64,000 bases of DNA from Octopus vulgaris (GCA_951406725.2 OX597838.1:22568001-22632000), one strand, 5' to 3'; numbered from the stretch's first letter, positions 39,870 to 54,125 are shown. The notes: generated from the sequence alone by a model not told the origin. Made by a program: numbers and translations.

Positions 39870-40520
39870 TTCATTGGGTCGTCTTTTTTTCTCCGGTTCG
39901 AAGTGAAGAAGTTAACACTCATCCTGGGTTAAGAAACGTTCAAGGAAACCAGCTGGATCTGCCTCAAACAATATCAGACTTATCCGTGATGTGGTCAGCC
40001 TGATGCTCTTTTGATCAGGCGTCAGAAGACCTGGCACCCACCGAGCAGAAACCTTCCTCATAGCAACTTCATTATGTAGAATATTCTCAACTCTTTCGTG
40101 GGATATGCTAATTGCACTGGCTATTTGATTTATAGTCAATCACCGGTCATCCATCACCATGTGGAGAATACAGCCGTTTCAAATAATACTCAATAATCAT
40201 TAAATTTACATTTATGCAACATGAGCATAATGGTGGCAGGGCATCCAGAACTTGGATCATCTTCAAGACTCTCTGTTCCTCTCCTAAATTCAGCCGCTCA
40301 CTTTTGGACGGTTCATCAAGCTGGAGCGTCATCTGCTAGTGTAACAACCATGTCATCATGAATATCCCTCGGGGCTAAACACTTTTTTTTTGCAGGTACT
40401 TGATAACACCATGGTACGAAATATTGTCGATTTTCAAAAGAGGTCGTTACCGGTTACTTTTAAATCGCAACCGGTTACTTAGATTTCACAGCTCTAATGT
40501 CACTCCTTTATAAGTATCCT
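39870..40520 (-). mobile_element. Mariner transposase relic, second family
   Basis: SLEDDPSSGCP, TINQIASAISISHERVENILHNE, RKVSARWVPGLLT and RFLTQDEC (first catalytic Asp region); multiple stops. Confidence 0.9.
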
Positions 40521-40684
40521 CTGTACTTTCAAGTCACCTTTATGTGTGTATGTGTGTGTATTTAATTAGAAGTCATGTTAACCTCATGAAGGGATGGTTA
40601 CTGGTTTAATACCTACTATTTTTTGGGGTGGGGGGGATAAATTTCCTTAAAATAATAGGTATATGTAAAAACTTATAGCTTTAT

Positions 40685-40925
40685 TTATTTAAAAGAAGAA
40701 AGTGGAGACCGTGAAGATAATAATTGTTTATTAACAGAAAATTAGTCATCTTCACTTACAGCCGTTTCAATCAATACTCAATAATCATTAAATTTACATT
40801 TATGCAACATGAGTATAATCTTATGATCATGTCTCATAAATGTAAATTTAATGTCTATTGGGTATTAATTGAAACGGGTGTAAGTGAAGATGACCTGCTT
40901 CCTGCTAATTTTCTTCCTTTAAATA
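40685..40925. repeat. Palindromic (foldback/MITE-like) element
   Basis: Arms 40745-40812 and 40827-40894 are reverse complements; outer TTATTTAAA.GAAGAAA arms. Confidence 0.85.
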
Positions 40926-41190
40926 AATATAAACTATGTATGTACATAAATGTAAAATAATTTTACATTAATTTGATGGGCTGCTCTAAACTTTCGTAGG
41001 GTACAGATTTATTATTTTTACACAAGAATGTTGACAGTGACTTCGAAGTACCGGCCAATTAACCCATCGTCGGACTGCCTACACACACACACACACACAC
41101 ATTAATATATTAATCGGCGAAAGTTACACAGTGACTCCAAACCTCTTTCATAATCACCCTATGAAATTCTCAACCTATCTCGCATGTATA

Positions 41191-41612
41191 CTCTTTTACT
41201 CTTTCACTTGTTTCAGTCATTTGACTGCGGCCATGCTGAGGCACCGCCTGTAGTCGAGCAAATCGACCCTGGGACTTATTCTTTGTAAGCCCAGTACTTA
41301 TTCTATCGGTCTCTTTTTGCCGAACCGCTAAGTGACGGGGACGTAAACACACCAGCATCGGTTGTCAAGCATTGCTAGGGGGACAAACACACACACACAC
41401 AAACACACACACATACACATATATACATATATATATATATACATATATACGACAGGCTTCTTTCAATTTCCGTCTACCAAATCCACTCACAAGGCATTGG
41501 TCGGCCCGGGGCTATAGCAGAAGACACTTGCCCAAGATGCCACACAGTGGGACTGAACCCGGAACCATGTGCTTGGTTAGCAAGCTACTTACCACACAGC
41601 CACTCCTGCGCC
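41191..41612 (-). mobile_element. SINE family A, full length
   Basis: Head to tail recognisable. Confidence 0.93.
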
Positions 41613-41982
41613 TATATGCTTCATTTAAAATTAAAAGACATCTATTTTGTAAAGCCTTCATTGTATATTATGGAAAATTAGTTAAATATTAGGGCATGAT
41701 AAACCTGCTTGACACAAAAGAATGGGGACACGTTCAGATACCCACTTTTTTTCCGTTAAGGAGGTTTATATGCCCTAATAACCGACTATTTTCTATAGTC
41801 AATATACGATGAAGGCTCATTATTCAATTTAGAAAAATTTCACTCACCGCCGTTTCCTAATTCGCACAGAATTTACACTTGTTTAAAGCATCCATATATG
41901 TGCATTTAATTACTGCTAACTTGTAGATTTAGATTTGCTTCACGAGGACACAGCTTGCGTTATAATCCATTCTATACACTAC

Positions 41983-42023
<41 letters not shown>

Positions 42024-42102
42024 TGTGTGTATGAGTACAAATATAAGATTAATAGAAATGGCTTTTCAGATATTTTTTCCACTTTTATAATTAGATGTCC
42101 GA

Positions 42103-42345
<243 letters not shown>

Positions 42346-42863
42346 ATTTAAATACGAGCGAAATTATTCGTTAAGCTATGTCAACAACCAGATTTACGAA
42401 TTCACAGTGGTTTGCAATAATTTCTTATAAAAATATCCGGCCATAATGAAATATTTCAAAACAATAATGTTTATAGAAAGGAAAACGTAACAAGTGACTC
42501 TTGTATCTGAATATGACAGTGCTGACATAGGAAGAGTTCATGTAATCTTTAGAGGGGACGAAGGATTGATTATTCAAGGTGTAGTGTGAGTTAAGCAGTA
42601 ATTTGGCTTTTCGAAACAGATCTATATCCCGATTCACTCAGGAGGAGCGGTGTGGCGTGGGAAGACTGGCCGATAGTCTCGTTTGTGTGAATCTACAGTA
42701 GAAGACACTTGCCCAAGGTGCCACGCAGTGGGATTGAACCCGGAACCATGTGGCTGGTAAGCAAGCTACCTACCGCACAACCACTCCTGCGCTTATGCGC
42801 CTATACATATACGTACATACATACATATACATACATATGCATATACATACATATATACATACA

Positions 42864-42894
<31 letters not shown>

Positions 42895-42898
42895 GTAT

Positions 42899-42930
<32 letters not shown>

Positions 42931-42932
42931 GC

Positions 42933-43073
<141 letters not shown>

Positions 43074-43200
43074 TATGGGTTTGTGAATCTCTAAGTTAAA
43101 AAAGCTATAATAGAGTGTAAATATTTAGCTAAAAACCCTTTCCATGGGACAAGTCACAGTTCATAACACTTATTATGACGTCAGTATGTGTATATATAAA

Positions 43201-43362
43201 GCGTGGGTGTGTGATAGGAAGCTTGCTTCCCAACTCCATGGTTCCGGGTTCAGTCCCACTGCGTGGGCAAGTGTCTTCTACTATAGCCTCGGGCCGACCA
43301 ACCCCTTGTGTGTGGACTCGGTAGACGGAAACTGAAAGGACCGTTGTGTATGTATATATGTT

Positions 43363-43432
<70 letters not shown>

Positions 43433-43702
43433 CATATTTATATATATATACACACACACATATACATGTATGTATTTATATGTGTGTGCCTGTGTCTGTT
43501 TTTCCCTCGACCATCGTTTGTCAACCGATGTTGGTGCGTTTACGTCCCCGTAATTCAGCTGTTCGACAAAAGAGACTGCTAGGATAATTACTAGGCTTAC
43601 AAAGAATAAGTCCTGAGTTCGATTTCTTCGACTAAAACCCTATGAGGTGGTCCTCCAGTATGGCCGCAGCCAAATGTCTGGAGCAAACGAAAAGAATAAA
43701 AA
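43201..43702 (+). mobile_element. SINE family A, diverged
   Basis: B box GGTTCAGTCCC, body and tail. Confidence 0.88.
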
Positions 43703-43990
43703 GCATATGTATGTATGTATGTATTTATGTATGTATATATGTATGTATGCATGTATGTATTTATGTATGTATATATGTATTATGTATATGTACAAAAGGT
43801 ATCAGATTGATATTATATATGCACATTCATATATGTATGTGTATATGTAAATATGTTTGTTTGTGTATGCATGGGCGTGTAAAATTAATGTGAGAAAATT
43901 AACGTGCGAATGACCTTGATGTCATAGCATGTAAAAGAATTCCTTATGAAATGACACTACAAGTTTTCTCTATATATACATATATATATA

Positions 43991-44079
<89 letters not shown>

Positions 44080-44573
44080 AATGGAACAAGAACACAACAA
44101 ACGACAATGAATCATCCGGTCAGATAGACGATACGAAGACGGACGGGAAAAACAACAAAAAGACGGACAGGGCAAAACAAATCCTCTGTCGAGTTTCCAG
44201 ATTATCCTTCCAGTTTCGGCCGGTTATACTTGAGATTGTTCAAATCTAGCTGATCCCAAAAAACTAAGCTAAGAGCATCAAATATTTTGGGAGAAAGCAA
44301 GCGAATGTGCACGAGAACAAAGACGAAAAAAAAAACGGAGAAAATATTACTCAATTACAAATACAAACAGCAAAAAAATAACAACATGCGTCTTTCAACT
44401 AATGAAGAAGAATCAGATTGAGCTGGCGGATGCGGAGTGAAAGCCTTGAGGCAGGAACATAGATGGAGATAAGAGATGAAAGTCAGGAGACAGGACTAAG
44501 AGATGCTTCGTGTCTGGCAGTCGAGTCAAGAAAGAAAGATCATGCTTGACGGTGTTCGGCCCAGCATATATGT

Positions 44574-44973
44574 GGCACAGGAGTGGCTCTGTGGTAAGTA
44601 GCTTGCTTACCAAAACACATGGTTCCGGGTTCAGTCCCGCTGCGTTGCACCTTGGACAAGCGTCTTCTACTATAACCTCGGGCCGACAAAGCCTTGTGAG
44701 TGGAATTCGTAGACGGAAACTGAAAGAAGCCCGTCGTATATATGGGGGGGGGGTGTTTGTGTGTCTGTGTTTGTCCCCCAACATCGCTTGACAACCGATG
44801 CTGTTGTGTTTACGTCCCCGTAACCCTAGCAGTTCGGCAAAAGAGACAGATAGAAAGATAGAATAAGTACTAGGCTTACAAAGAATAAGTCCTGGCGTCG
44901 ATTTGCTCGACTCAAGGCGGTGCTCCAGCATGGCCACAGTCAAATGACTGAAACAAATAAAGGAGTAAAAGAG
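44574..44973 (+). mobile_element. SINE family A, full length
   Basis: Head to tail recognisable. Confidence 0.93.
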
Positions 44974-45044
44974 TATGTACGAATATGCATGTATATACAT
45001 TCATATATGAGTGTGTATATTCATACATGGGTACACACATCGAC

Positions 45045-45075
<31 letters not shown>

Positions 45076-45304
45076 AACACACACACTCACATGCCAATTA
45101 AGAATACTGATTGAATTATGCGCGTGGAGCCTTTGACACTGAATTCCAATTAAGAAAGTGTGAACGACATATTGTCAATATAGAATGTCGGTGAGAGGTG
45201 TGAAGGCATTCATCTGTTCCTCATAAAGCCGGGGTGTCACGTAGTGTTCCACAACGAAACGCGGTGTGTCCGGTCCATCCCCGTGGGATTCCTTCACGAC
45301 CACC

Positions 45305-45520
45305 AATACTACAACTACTACTACTGCTGCTGCTGCTGCTGCTACTACTACTACTACTAATAATAATAACTAATACAACTATTGCTACTACTACTAATAC
45401 AACTACTACTATAACTACTTCTACAATTATTACTACTACTACTACTACTTCTAACTATTAATAATACAGCTACTACTAACCAGTACAACTACTACTACTA
45501 GCTAATACAACTACTACTAT

Positions 45521-45564
<44 letters not shown>

Positions 45565-45645
45565 TTATAACTACTTCTACAATAATTACTACTACTACTA
45601 GTACTAACTAATACAACTACTACTACTTACTACTACCTTTACTAC

Positions 45646-45687
<42 letters not shown>

Positions 45688-45866
45688 AAGGCCACCACAA
45701 TAACGCCACATGGCCACCACCACCACAACTATTAATAATGCTACATCACAAACAACAACAATAATAGCAACACTGCAACACAAACGCTACCAAAACGAAC
45801 GCCACCACCACCACCACCACCGCAGCTCTCAGCATCATCGCCACTAACAGCTCCACCATCACCAGG

Positions 45867-45897
<31 letters not shown>

Positions 45898-46531
45898 TTC
45901 AAAACTACCATCAGTGCCACCACCATCGATACCGACATTCCTGTTTGCGTAGCGAACTTCATTACCCATTCCGTACCTATAAACATACACACACACATAC
46001 ACACACATACACATACATACATACTTACATACATGCACATACACACAGATAATACACATACATACTTACACATACACACGTACCTACACACAGATATATA
46101 CACATACATACATACACGTACTCACATACATATATATACACATACACATGCACACTTACACACATACACACATACAGACACATACGTACACATACACATA
46201 CATACACACATACACACAAATACAAACATGCAAACACGCATATACATACACACACACATACACACACATATACAGACACATACAAATATATACATATACA
46301 AAGACATATACACACATAGACACTTATGCTCACAAACAAACATATACATACACTCATACACACACACGCAAATACAAATATACACACACATGCATATACA
46401 TACACACACATACTCACACATACCCAGACACATGCAAATATATACATATACAAAGGCATATACATATATAGACATACTCATACATACATACAGACTCAAC
46501 CACCACCACAACAACCACTGATAACAATACG

Positions 46532-46562
<31 letters not shown>

Positions 46563-46620
46563 GCAGCAACAACGCAACCATTACCACCGCCATCACCATT
46601 GGCACCAAAATCACCAGCAA
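45305..46620. repeat. (ACT)n, (CAC)n and degenerate (CA)n low-complexity block
   Basis: Direct reading. Confidence 0.92.
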
Positions 46621-46809
46621 GACAAACAACGCCGTTTATACACACGTCCGTATACATACATGTTCTGTATGTATAGATAGATATATATAATATCTACATA
46701 TTTTTTATGTACTGAATTGCTACGCATAAATTTATAATAAATCGAAATTTTCCTTTATCATGGCAAAGAAAAATAAAGAAAATAAGAAGAAAAAATCAAC
46801 CGAAACCTT

Positions 46810-47076
46810 GCGGCATTTACTAGCAACTCGCAAAGAATAGGGGGAGATAATTTCAATAATATAGTTTTTAAAATGTAATTCTTATGCATAAGTCAGGCTG
46901 CAGGGAAAAAGGGGATGTTCGTTATCAAGAACGTTGACAGCAAAACGAAACATGTCCACCTTTAACAAAGAGCAAATATTTTACCTCGGGTAAGACAATT
47001 CATTTTTATTTTAATTTATTCTTCAATTATTGAAATTATCTCCCCCTTTTCTTTGTGAGTTTCCAACGAATGCTGC
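46810..47076. mobile_element. MITE-like element with roughly 50-bp inverted repeats
   Basis: AACTCGCAAAGAATAGGGGGAGATAATTTCAATAAT versus ATTATTGAAATTATCTCCCCCTTTTCTTTGTGAGTT. Confidence 0.7.
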
Positions 47077-47202
47077 AGGGCTTTTCTCTTTTTTTACATT
47101 TATCTTCCTTCTTCAACTATGAAAGTTTCTATTCATAAAGGGTTTCATTTTCTTTATAGTATAGTACAGTATAGTATATACATAAGTATGTATATATATA
47201 TA

Positions 47203-47433
47203 TATTTCTTTACTACCCACAAAGGGCTAAACGCAGAGGGGACAAACGAGGACAGACAAACGGATTAAGTCGATTATATCGACCCCAGTGCGTAACTGGT
47301 ACTTAATTTATCGACCCCGAAAGGATGAAAGGCAAAGTCGACCACGGCGGAATTTGAACCCAGAACGTAACGGCAGACGAAATACGGCTACACATTTCGC
47401 CCGACGTGCTAACGTTTCTGCCAGCTCGCCGCC
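47203..47433 (-). mobile_element. SINE family B monomer
   Basis: Complete head to tail. Confidence 0.93.
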
Positions 47434-47463
47434 TTGTATGTATATATATATATGTGTGTGTGT

Positions 47464-47516
<53 letters not shown>

Positions 47517-47874
47517 ATAATAAATAAAACATATGCATATATATATACATATATGTACGTACCTACCTCTACATGTATATATACACGCATATATGAGTAC
47601 AGGACACCAAAAAAAACGTTGAACACAACGAGAAACGAAAACATAGACACAAACCCAAGGAACTGGACATTTTTTTAAACAACAACAAAAATAGAGTACA
47701 GGACAATTAACACAAAGAAAAAAAACCCTTCTTCAGTCGCCATGGTTTCATCTACTCTACGTTTCGAAGGTTATTGGTAAAAACGGTAAGATAACAAAAG
47801 AAAGAAAGAGACCTCAATATTATGTAAATAGAGGAAATTTATCTGTAAAATAATAGGTGACAATTGTGGGTGGT

Positions 47875-48258
47875 GGAAGCACTCCGTCGGTAACGACGAT
47901 GAGGGTTCCGGTTGATCCGAATCAATGGAACAGCCTGCTCGTGAAATTAACGTGTAAGTGGCTGAGCACTCCACAGACACGTGCACCCTTAACGTAGTTC
48001 TCGGGGATATTCAGCGTGACACAGAGAGTGACAAGGCCGGCCCCTTGAAATACAGGTACAACAGAAACAGGAAGTAAGAGTGAGAGAAAGTTGTGGTGAA
48101 AGAGTACAGCAGGGATCACCACCATCCCCTGCCGGAGCCTCGTGGAGCTTTTAGGTGTTTTCGCTCAATAAACACTCACAACGCCCGGTGTGGGAATCGA
48201 AACCACGATCCTATGACCGCGAGTCCGCTGCCCTAACCACTGGGCCATTGCGCCTCCA
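47875..48258 (-). mobile_element. SINE family C nested in repeat family H
   Basis: GTGACAATT is duplicated at 47857 and 48264 but single in the empty copy near 12390. Confidence 0.93.
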
Positions 48259-48506
48259 CCCATGTGACAATTATTCGGTAGCCAAGATAAAAACTCTGAG
48301 TTTTGGATGCCGCTCCCTGCTTATTTCTGTGTTCTGTTTCTGAAACGGTTACGAGAATGAGAAAGCCTCAAATTTTGTGAGGAAGGGTTCGATGGTAACA
48401 TTGAGCCCAATGCTTGATTTGTACTTTATTTCATTGTCTCTGGAAAGACGAATAGCAAGAAAAGAAAAGCATCTAATGTGTGTTCACTTTTATTCGTACA
48501 TATATA

Positions 48507-48677
48507 GGCGTAGGAGTGGCTGTGTGGTAAGTAGCTTGCTAACCAACCACATGGATCCGGGTTCAGTCCCACTGCGTGGCATCTTGGGCAAATGTATTCT
48601 GCTATAGCCCCGGGCCGACCAATGCCTTGTGAGTGGATTTGGTAGACGGAAACTGAAAGAAGCCTGTCATTTATATG

Positions 48678-48708
<31 letters not shown>

Positions 48709-48924
48709 TTGTGTGTCTGTGTTTGTCCCCTTAGCATTGCTTGACAACCGAAGCTGGTGTGTTTACGTCCCCGTAACTTAGCGGTTCGGCAAAAGAGACC
48801 GATATAATAAGTACTGGGCTTACAAAGAATAAGTCCCGGGTCGATTTGCTCGACTAAAGGCGGTGCTCCAGCATGGCCGCAGTCAAATGACTGAAACAAG
48901 TAAAAGAGTAAAAGAGTAAAAGAG
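48507..48924 (+). mobile_element. SINE family A, full length
   Basis: Head to tail recognisable. Confidence 0.93.
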
Positions 48925-49111
48925 TATATATTTCCAGTTAGTGTTTTCATGAAGCAAGTATTAAATATGTTAGCACTATCTTTACGCTTTTATATGCAGA
49001 TGGCGTACCTACGTTATTTATTCTCTAAACAGGTCTAATGTACCTGAGCCAACGAATGTACAACCTTACATGTTTACTTAAGCATTCTTCCATTCTTCTA
49101 TCTGTACATCT

Positions 49112-49420
49112 TTAATACGGAGAAGATCGTGCTCTTCTGAAGAGGTCAGAATAAGGTGAAAACATGTCGGAAGTTGTTTACTTGCCAGAAGCGAAAATAA
49201 TATTAACCATTGCACATTATCGTGTTTTCCTGTTTTGTTCTTGTCACTTGTTTATTTGCAGTTAGTTACATCTGTTAGCATAAGTTAAATTACCGCCATA
49301 TTTACCTAACTTCTCGTTAATACGGAGAAGGATGTAGTTCACTAACGAAGTTGAAATAACACTAAACAAGTCGGAAGTTGTTTCCCATACTTACCAGACG
49401 AGAAAGTAGCATTAGCAATG
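49112..49420 (+). repeat. Diverged tandem duplication (period about 205 bp) carrying hammerhead-like motifs
   Basis: TTAATACGGAGAAG at 49112 and 49317; GTCGGAAGTTGTTT at 49166 and 49370; the first unit has CTGAAGA...GAAAACATGTC. Confidence 0.65.
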
Positions 49421-50039
49421 ATCTAATATCATTTTTTCTTCATCGCTACATATTTGTCTGCAGCTAGCTTTTTAACGCATCATGTAATTCATATATTAAC
49501 AATTGCATTTTTATCATTTTCTTTGCATATCTACCGAACTATCCACTTCTCTTTCGCCCCACTAGTATTTGCAGCTAACTTTTTAATGCTCTGCTCTTCA
49601 CATATGTTCACATTAACTTATTTATCAACATGTCTAACCTAACTATCTGTCTGTTTGTTTAGCTTCCTATTTATTTCTAGTTAACCTTTTAACGTTCCAC
49701 GTATTTAAGACATTAACACTGACATGTCTATGTAACAGCCGAACAACATGCTTATCTGCTCATCTATCGATGTATCTCGCTGCATATCTATGTCTTTTCA
49801 ACAAATTAATACTCCATGTTTGTTTGTTCTTCTGATTATTCTGGGGCACCGCACTGAAGGGATTTTAGTTGATCAAATCGACCCCAGCATTTATTCAAAA
49901 TCTGACAGCTATTCTAACGTCTCTCTTCTTTTTATATCTTAATAGAAACGCCAATATATCACACATGTTAGTTCTATCTTAATCAGTCTGTCTGTCTATC
50001 TATCTGTCTCACAATCTGGTCAGTTAAATACGGAATGGA

Positions 50040-50330
50040 AACCTATGAGAACATTCTTAACAGAATCCACGCACGAACACTTAGCGAAATCGTCACGGGA
50101 CTAAGGTTAAAACTAACTGGTCACATGCCCGAGCTACCAAAATAACAACGTTCTAAAACAGCTTTCGAATGGATATCATTGAAAGGGAAACAGAAGACCG
50201 AAATTGCAAAGTGTAGGCCATTGATGACTGACATGAGAGAGACCAGTATCATATGACCGGATGTAGAAGAAAAAAATGCCGCCAACTGATCCAGACAAAA
50301 ATAAGGTAAACAGGAAATGATCTACATAGA
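50040..50330 (+). mobile_element. RTE-type LINE C-terminal relic
   Basis: ENILNRIHARTLSEIVTGLRLKLTGHMPELP...AFEWISLKGK resembles the RTE RRLR..GH..R...W.P.GKR motif. Confidence 0.6.
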
Positions 50331-50479
50331 AGCCAATCCGAGAAAAGACCAAGGGAAAGACTAAGCTCACTGAAGAAACAGCAGGCAAGACCAAGCTAAG
50401 TACAAGGTGATACCAATAGTAATTGGTGCTCTTGGAAGTTTGATCACCCGTTTCGACGATTTTGGCACACCTATTAAAC

Positions 50480-50951
50480 CAGTACTCTGCAACCGGTATG
50501 CCGTGACACGCTGGTGTGCCACTAGACTAGTGGTTCCCAAAGTGGGCAGTATTGCTCCCTGGGGGGCGGAGGAAGTTCGATTGGGGACGTTGAAGAAAAG
50601 TGGGGTGACAATGAGGGTAGCGATTTATGTAAAAACAACGAAATAATGGGTTCGTTAGGTTAAGGCTTTTGTGAAATAAAGTTGCTTTGAATTTGCTTCA
50701 GAAAAAGGTCTCTGCTTGTGACGGTTACTTTGGGTAGGGGCACTAGGAATGTGGTCTGGGTGTCAAGGGGACGGTAGCCCGAAAACGTATGGGAACCACT
50801 GCACTAGACGATGCTAGATGTGCCGCAGTGTAACCTAAATATAATTCCCACCCCGCTGTACTTTTAGTTATATTTCTAGTTCAGGTGTGCCGCCGAATTT
50901 CGAAAAGAATGTAGGTGTACCTTAAGTGAAAAAAGGGTTTGCGGAACATTG
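50480..50951. mobile_element. Older hAT-type MITE hosting the next element
   Basis: Ends CAGTACTCTGCAACC and GGTTTGCGGAACATTG; repeated subterminal GTGTGCCG. Confidence 0.65.
50528..50801. mobile_element. hAT (Charlie-like) MITE with 8-bp TSD
   Basis: TIRs TAGTGGTTCCCA and TGGGAACCACTG; TSD CACTAGAC at 50520-50527 and 50802-50809. Confidence 0.9.
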
Positions 50952-51474
50952 GGTTGGTCTGACATGAATTAGTTTATATATTGTTCTGAGAGAATGTTGC
51001 TGTGATCGTTGATTGAATGCGGTGATTATCAATGTCCCATTATTGTGTTCATTGAAGTGTGTGTGTTTGTATGTGTGTGTGTGTGTGTGTGCGTGTGTGT
51101 GAGTAAATGTGTGTGTGTGTGTGGAGGTGTGTGTGTGCATGTGTGTGTGAGTATATGTGTGAATATATGTGTGTGTATGTGTGTGTGCATGCGTGTGTGT
51201 GTGTGTATGAACGTGTGTGCTTGTGCATGTGTGTGTGAATATGTGTGCGTATGTGTATGTGGACGTGTGTGGGTGTGAGTATATGTGTGTGTATGTGTGT
51301 GTTTGTGTACATGTGTGCGTATGTGTATGAGTATATGTGTGTGTATGTAAGTGTGTGCATGTGTGTGGACGTGTGTGTGTGTGCTTGTGTGTGTGCGTTT
51401 GTGTGTGTGCATGTGTGTGGACATGTGTGTGTGAGTGTGAGTATATGTGTGCATATGTATGCGTGTGGACGTGT

Positions 51475-51518
<44 letters not shown>

Positions 51519-51825
51519 ATACTCCATGTCAGAATGTGGCTTCGTTCACTGAACACGCACAATAAACACATCAGATAGCATAAAAGGTAATTGGAACATG
51601 GAGAAGATGAAGAAGAAACAAAGAAAAGAAAAACCATAAACCATATATATAGAAAAGAAATGAAAACGATAAAAAAAAAAGGATAAGAAAAAGCGGTGGC
51701 GGTGGGGGTGGAAGTGGAGGGGGGGAGGGGCAGCGAGCAAATGGAAATAAAACGTCACTTATATGGATTAAACGAAAGATTAATACTGCGCGCGCGCAAG
51801 TGCCTGTACGTGTGCGAGTTACTTA

Positions 51826-52049
51826 CTCTCTTTTACTCTCTTTTTACTCTTTTACTTGTTTCAGTCATTTGACTGCGGCCATGCTGGAGCACCGCCTTTA
51901 GTCGATCAAATCGACCCCGGAACTTATTCTTTGTAAGCCCAGTACTTATTCTATCGGTCTCTTTTTTGCCGAACCGCTAAGTGGCGGGGACATAGACCCA
52001 CCAGCATCGGTTGTCAAGCAATGCTAGGGGGACAAACACAGACACACAA

Positions 52050-52082
<33 letters not shown>

Positions 52083-52248
52083 CATATATACGACAGGCTT
52101 CTTTCAGTTTCCGTCTACCAAATCCACTCACAAGGCATTGGTCGGCCCGGGACTATAGCAGAAGACACTTGCCCAAGATGCCACGCAGTGGGACTGAACC
52201 CGCAACCATGTGGTTGGTTAGCAAGCTACTTACCACACAGCCACTCCT
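51826..52248 (-). mobile_element. SINE family A, near full length
   Basis: Head to tail recognisable. Confidence 0.93.
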
Positions 52249-52412
52249 GAGTGTATAGGTACGTGTAAACTGCGAAACGTATACGCGTTGACGTAGTAAA
52301 TATTTTGGAAATAGATTTGGGGTATGTGGGCTGTCTTCGGGTTCCATCCTGAAGCTAGGCCTATTTTTTTCTGGGTTTTTTTTGTTTTTTCTTTTGAAGT
52401 GTTCATTGCATT

Positions 52413-52474
<62 letters not shown>

Positions 52475-52570
52475 TTATCGTAGGATTGGTGGTTTTTGAA
52501 GCTTTCGCTTTCAGCTTTTGGCAAGCGGTGTTTTTACTCTTCTTTTATTCAAATATTTCATATTATACCT

Positions 52571-52810
52571 ATTTTTTTACTACCCACAAGGGGCTAAACA
52601 CAGAGGGGACAAACAGGGAGGACAGACAGACAGACAAACGGATTAAGTCGATTATATCGACCCTAGTGCGTAACTGGTACTTAATTTATCGACCGCGAAA
52701 GGATGAAAGGCAAAGTCGACCTCGGCGGAATTTGAACTCAGAACGTAACGGCGATGAAATACGGCTACGCATTTCGCCCGGCGTGCTAACGTTTCTGCCA
52801 GCTCGCCGCC
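52571..52810 (-). mobile_element. SINE family B monomer with 10-bp TSD
   Basis: TATTATACCT at 52561 and 52812. Confidence 0.93.
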
Positions 52811-52899
52811 TTATTATACCTGTTTAGGTAGAAGTCTTGCTAACCACCTCATTATTACTGTTAAAAACCGTAATAATGCTTTTATATAGTTGCTCATAT

Positions 52900-52936
<37 letters not shown>

Positions 52937-52941
<5 letters not shown>

Positions 52942-53102
52942 CGGTCTTCTTTCAGTTTCCGCCTACCAAATCCACTCACAAGGCTTTGGTCGGCCCGAGG
53001 CTATAGTAGAAGACACTTGCCCAAGGTGCTACGCAGTGGGACTGAACCCGGAGCCGTGTGGTTGATAAGCAAGCTTCTTACCACACAGCCACTCCTGCGC
53101 CT
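52937..53102 (-). mobile_element. SINE family A, 5' half
   Basis: Head and CORE-like body; a separate tail fragment follows at about 53208-53290. Confidence 0.9.
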
Positions 53103-53141
53103 ATATATACATACATATATGTATGTATGTATGTATGTATG

Positions 53142-53175
<34 letters not shown>

Positions 53176-53401
53176 TGTATATATGTATGCATTATGTATG
53201 TATGTATTCAACTGCGGCCATGCTGTATTACTGCCTTGAAGAGTTTTAGTCGAACAAATCGACCCCCAGTTCTTAATCTATCGGTCCATTTTCCCAGGAT
53301 ATATATTTGTGTAATATGAAATTAATTATTGATAATTTTTACTATCCTCATTGTAATCGTGATACACACACACACACACACACACACATGGCACGTAATT
53401 A

Positions 53402-54125
53402 GATCGACCCCAGTACGCAACTGGTACTTAATTTATCGACTCCGAGACGATGAAAGGCAAAGTCGACCTCGGCGGAATTTGAACTCAGAACGTAGCGGCA
53501 GACGAAATACCTATTTATTTACTACCCAAAAGGGGCCAAACACAGAGGGGACAAACACAGAGGGGACAAACAAGGACAGACAAAGGTATTAAGTCGATTA
53601 TATCGACCCCAGTGCGTAACTGGTACTTATTTAATCGACCCCGAAAGGATGAAAGGCAAAGTTGACCTCGGCGGAATTTGAACCCAGAGCGTAGCGCCAG
53701 ACGAAATACCTATTTATTTACTACCCACGAGGAGCTAAACACAGAGAGGACAAACAAGGACAGACAAGCGGATTAAGTCGATTATATCGACCCCAGTGCG
53801 TAACTGGTACTTATTTAATCGACCCCCGAAAGGATGAAAGGCAAAGTGGACTCGGCGGAATTTGAACTCAGAAGGTAGCGGCAGACGAAATACCTATTTA
53901 TTTACTATCCACAAGGAGCTAAACACAGAGAGGACAAACAAGGACAGAGAAACGGATTAAGTCGATTATATCGACCCGAGTGCTTAACTGGTACTTAATT
54001 TATTGACCCCGAAAGGATGAAAGGCGTAGTCGACCTCGGCGGAATTTGAACTCAGAACGTAACGGCAGACGAAATACCGCTAAGCATTTCGCCCGGCGTG
54101 CTAACGATTCTGCCAGCTCGCCGCC
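53402..54125 (-). mobile_element. SINE family B tandem array (four bodies)
   Basis: Junctions at about 53510, 53709 and 53893; intact head at the right end. Confidence 0.93.

Noticed and set aside
46925-46960. Hammerhead candidate GAAACATGTC inside the MITE-like element
   Set aside because: No CUGANGA core and no stem I pairing.
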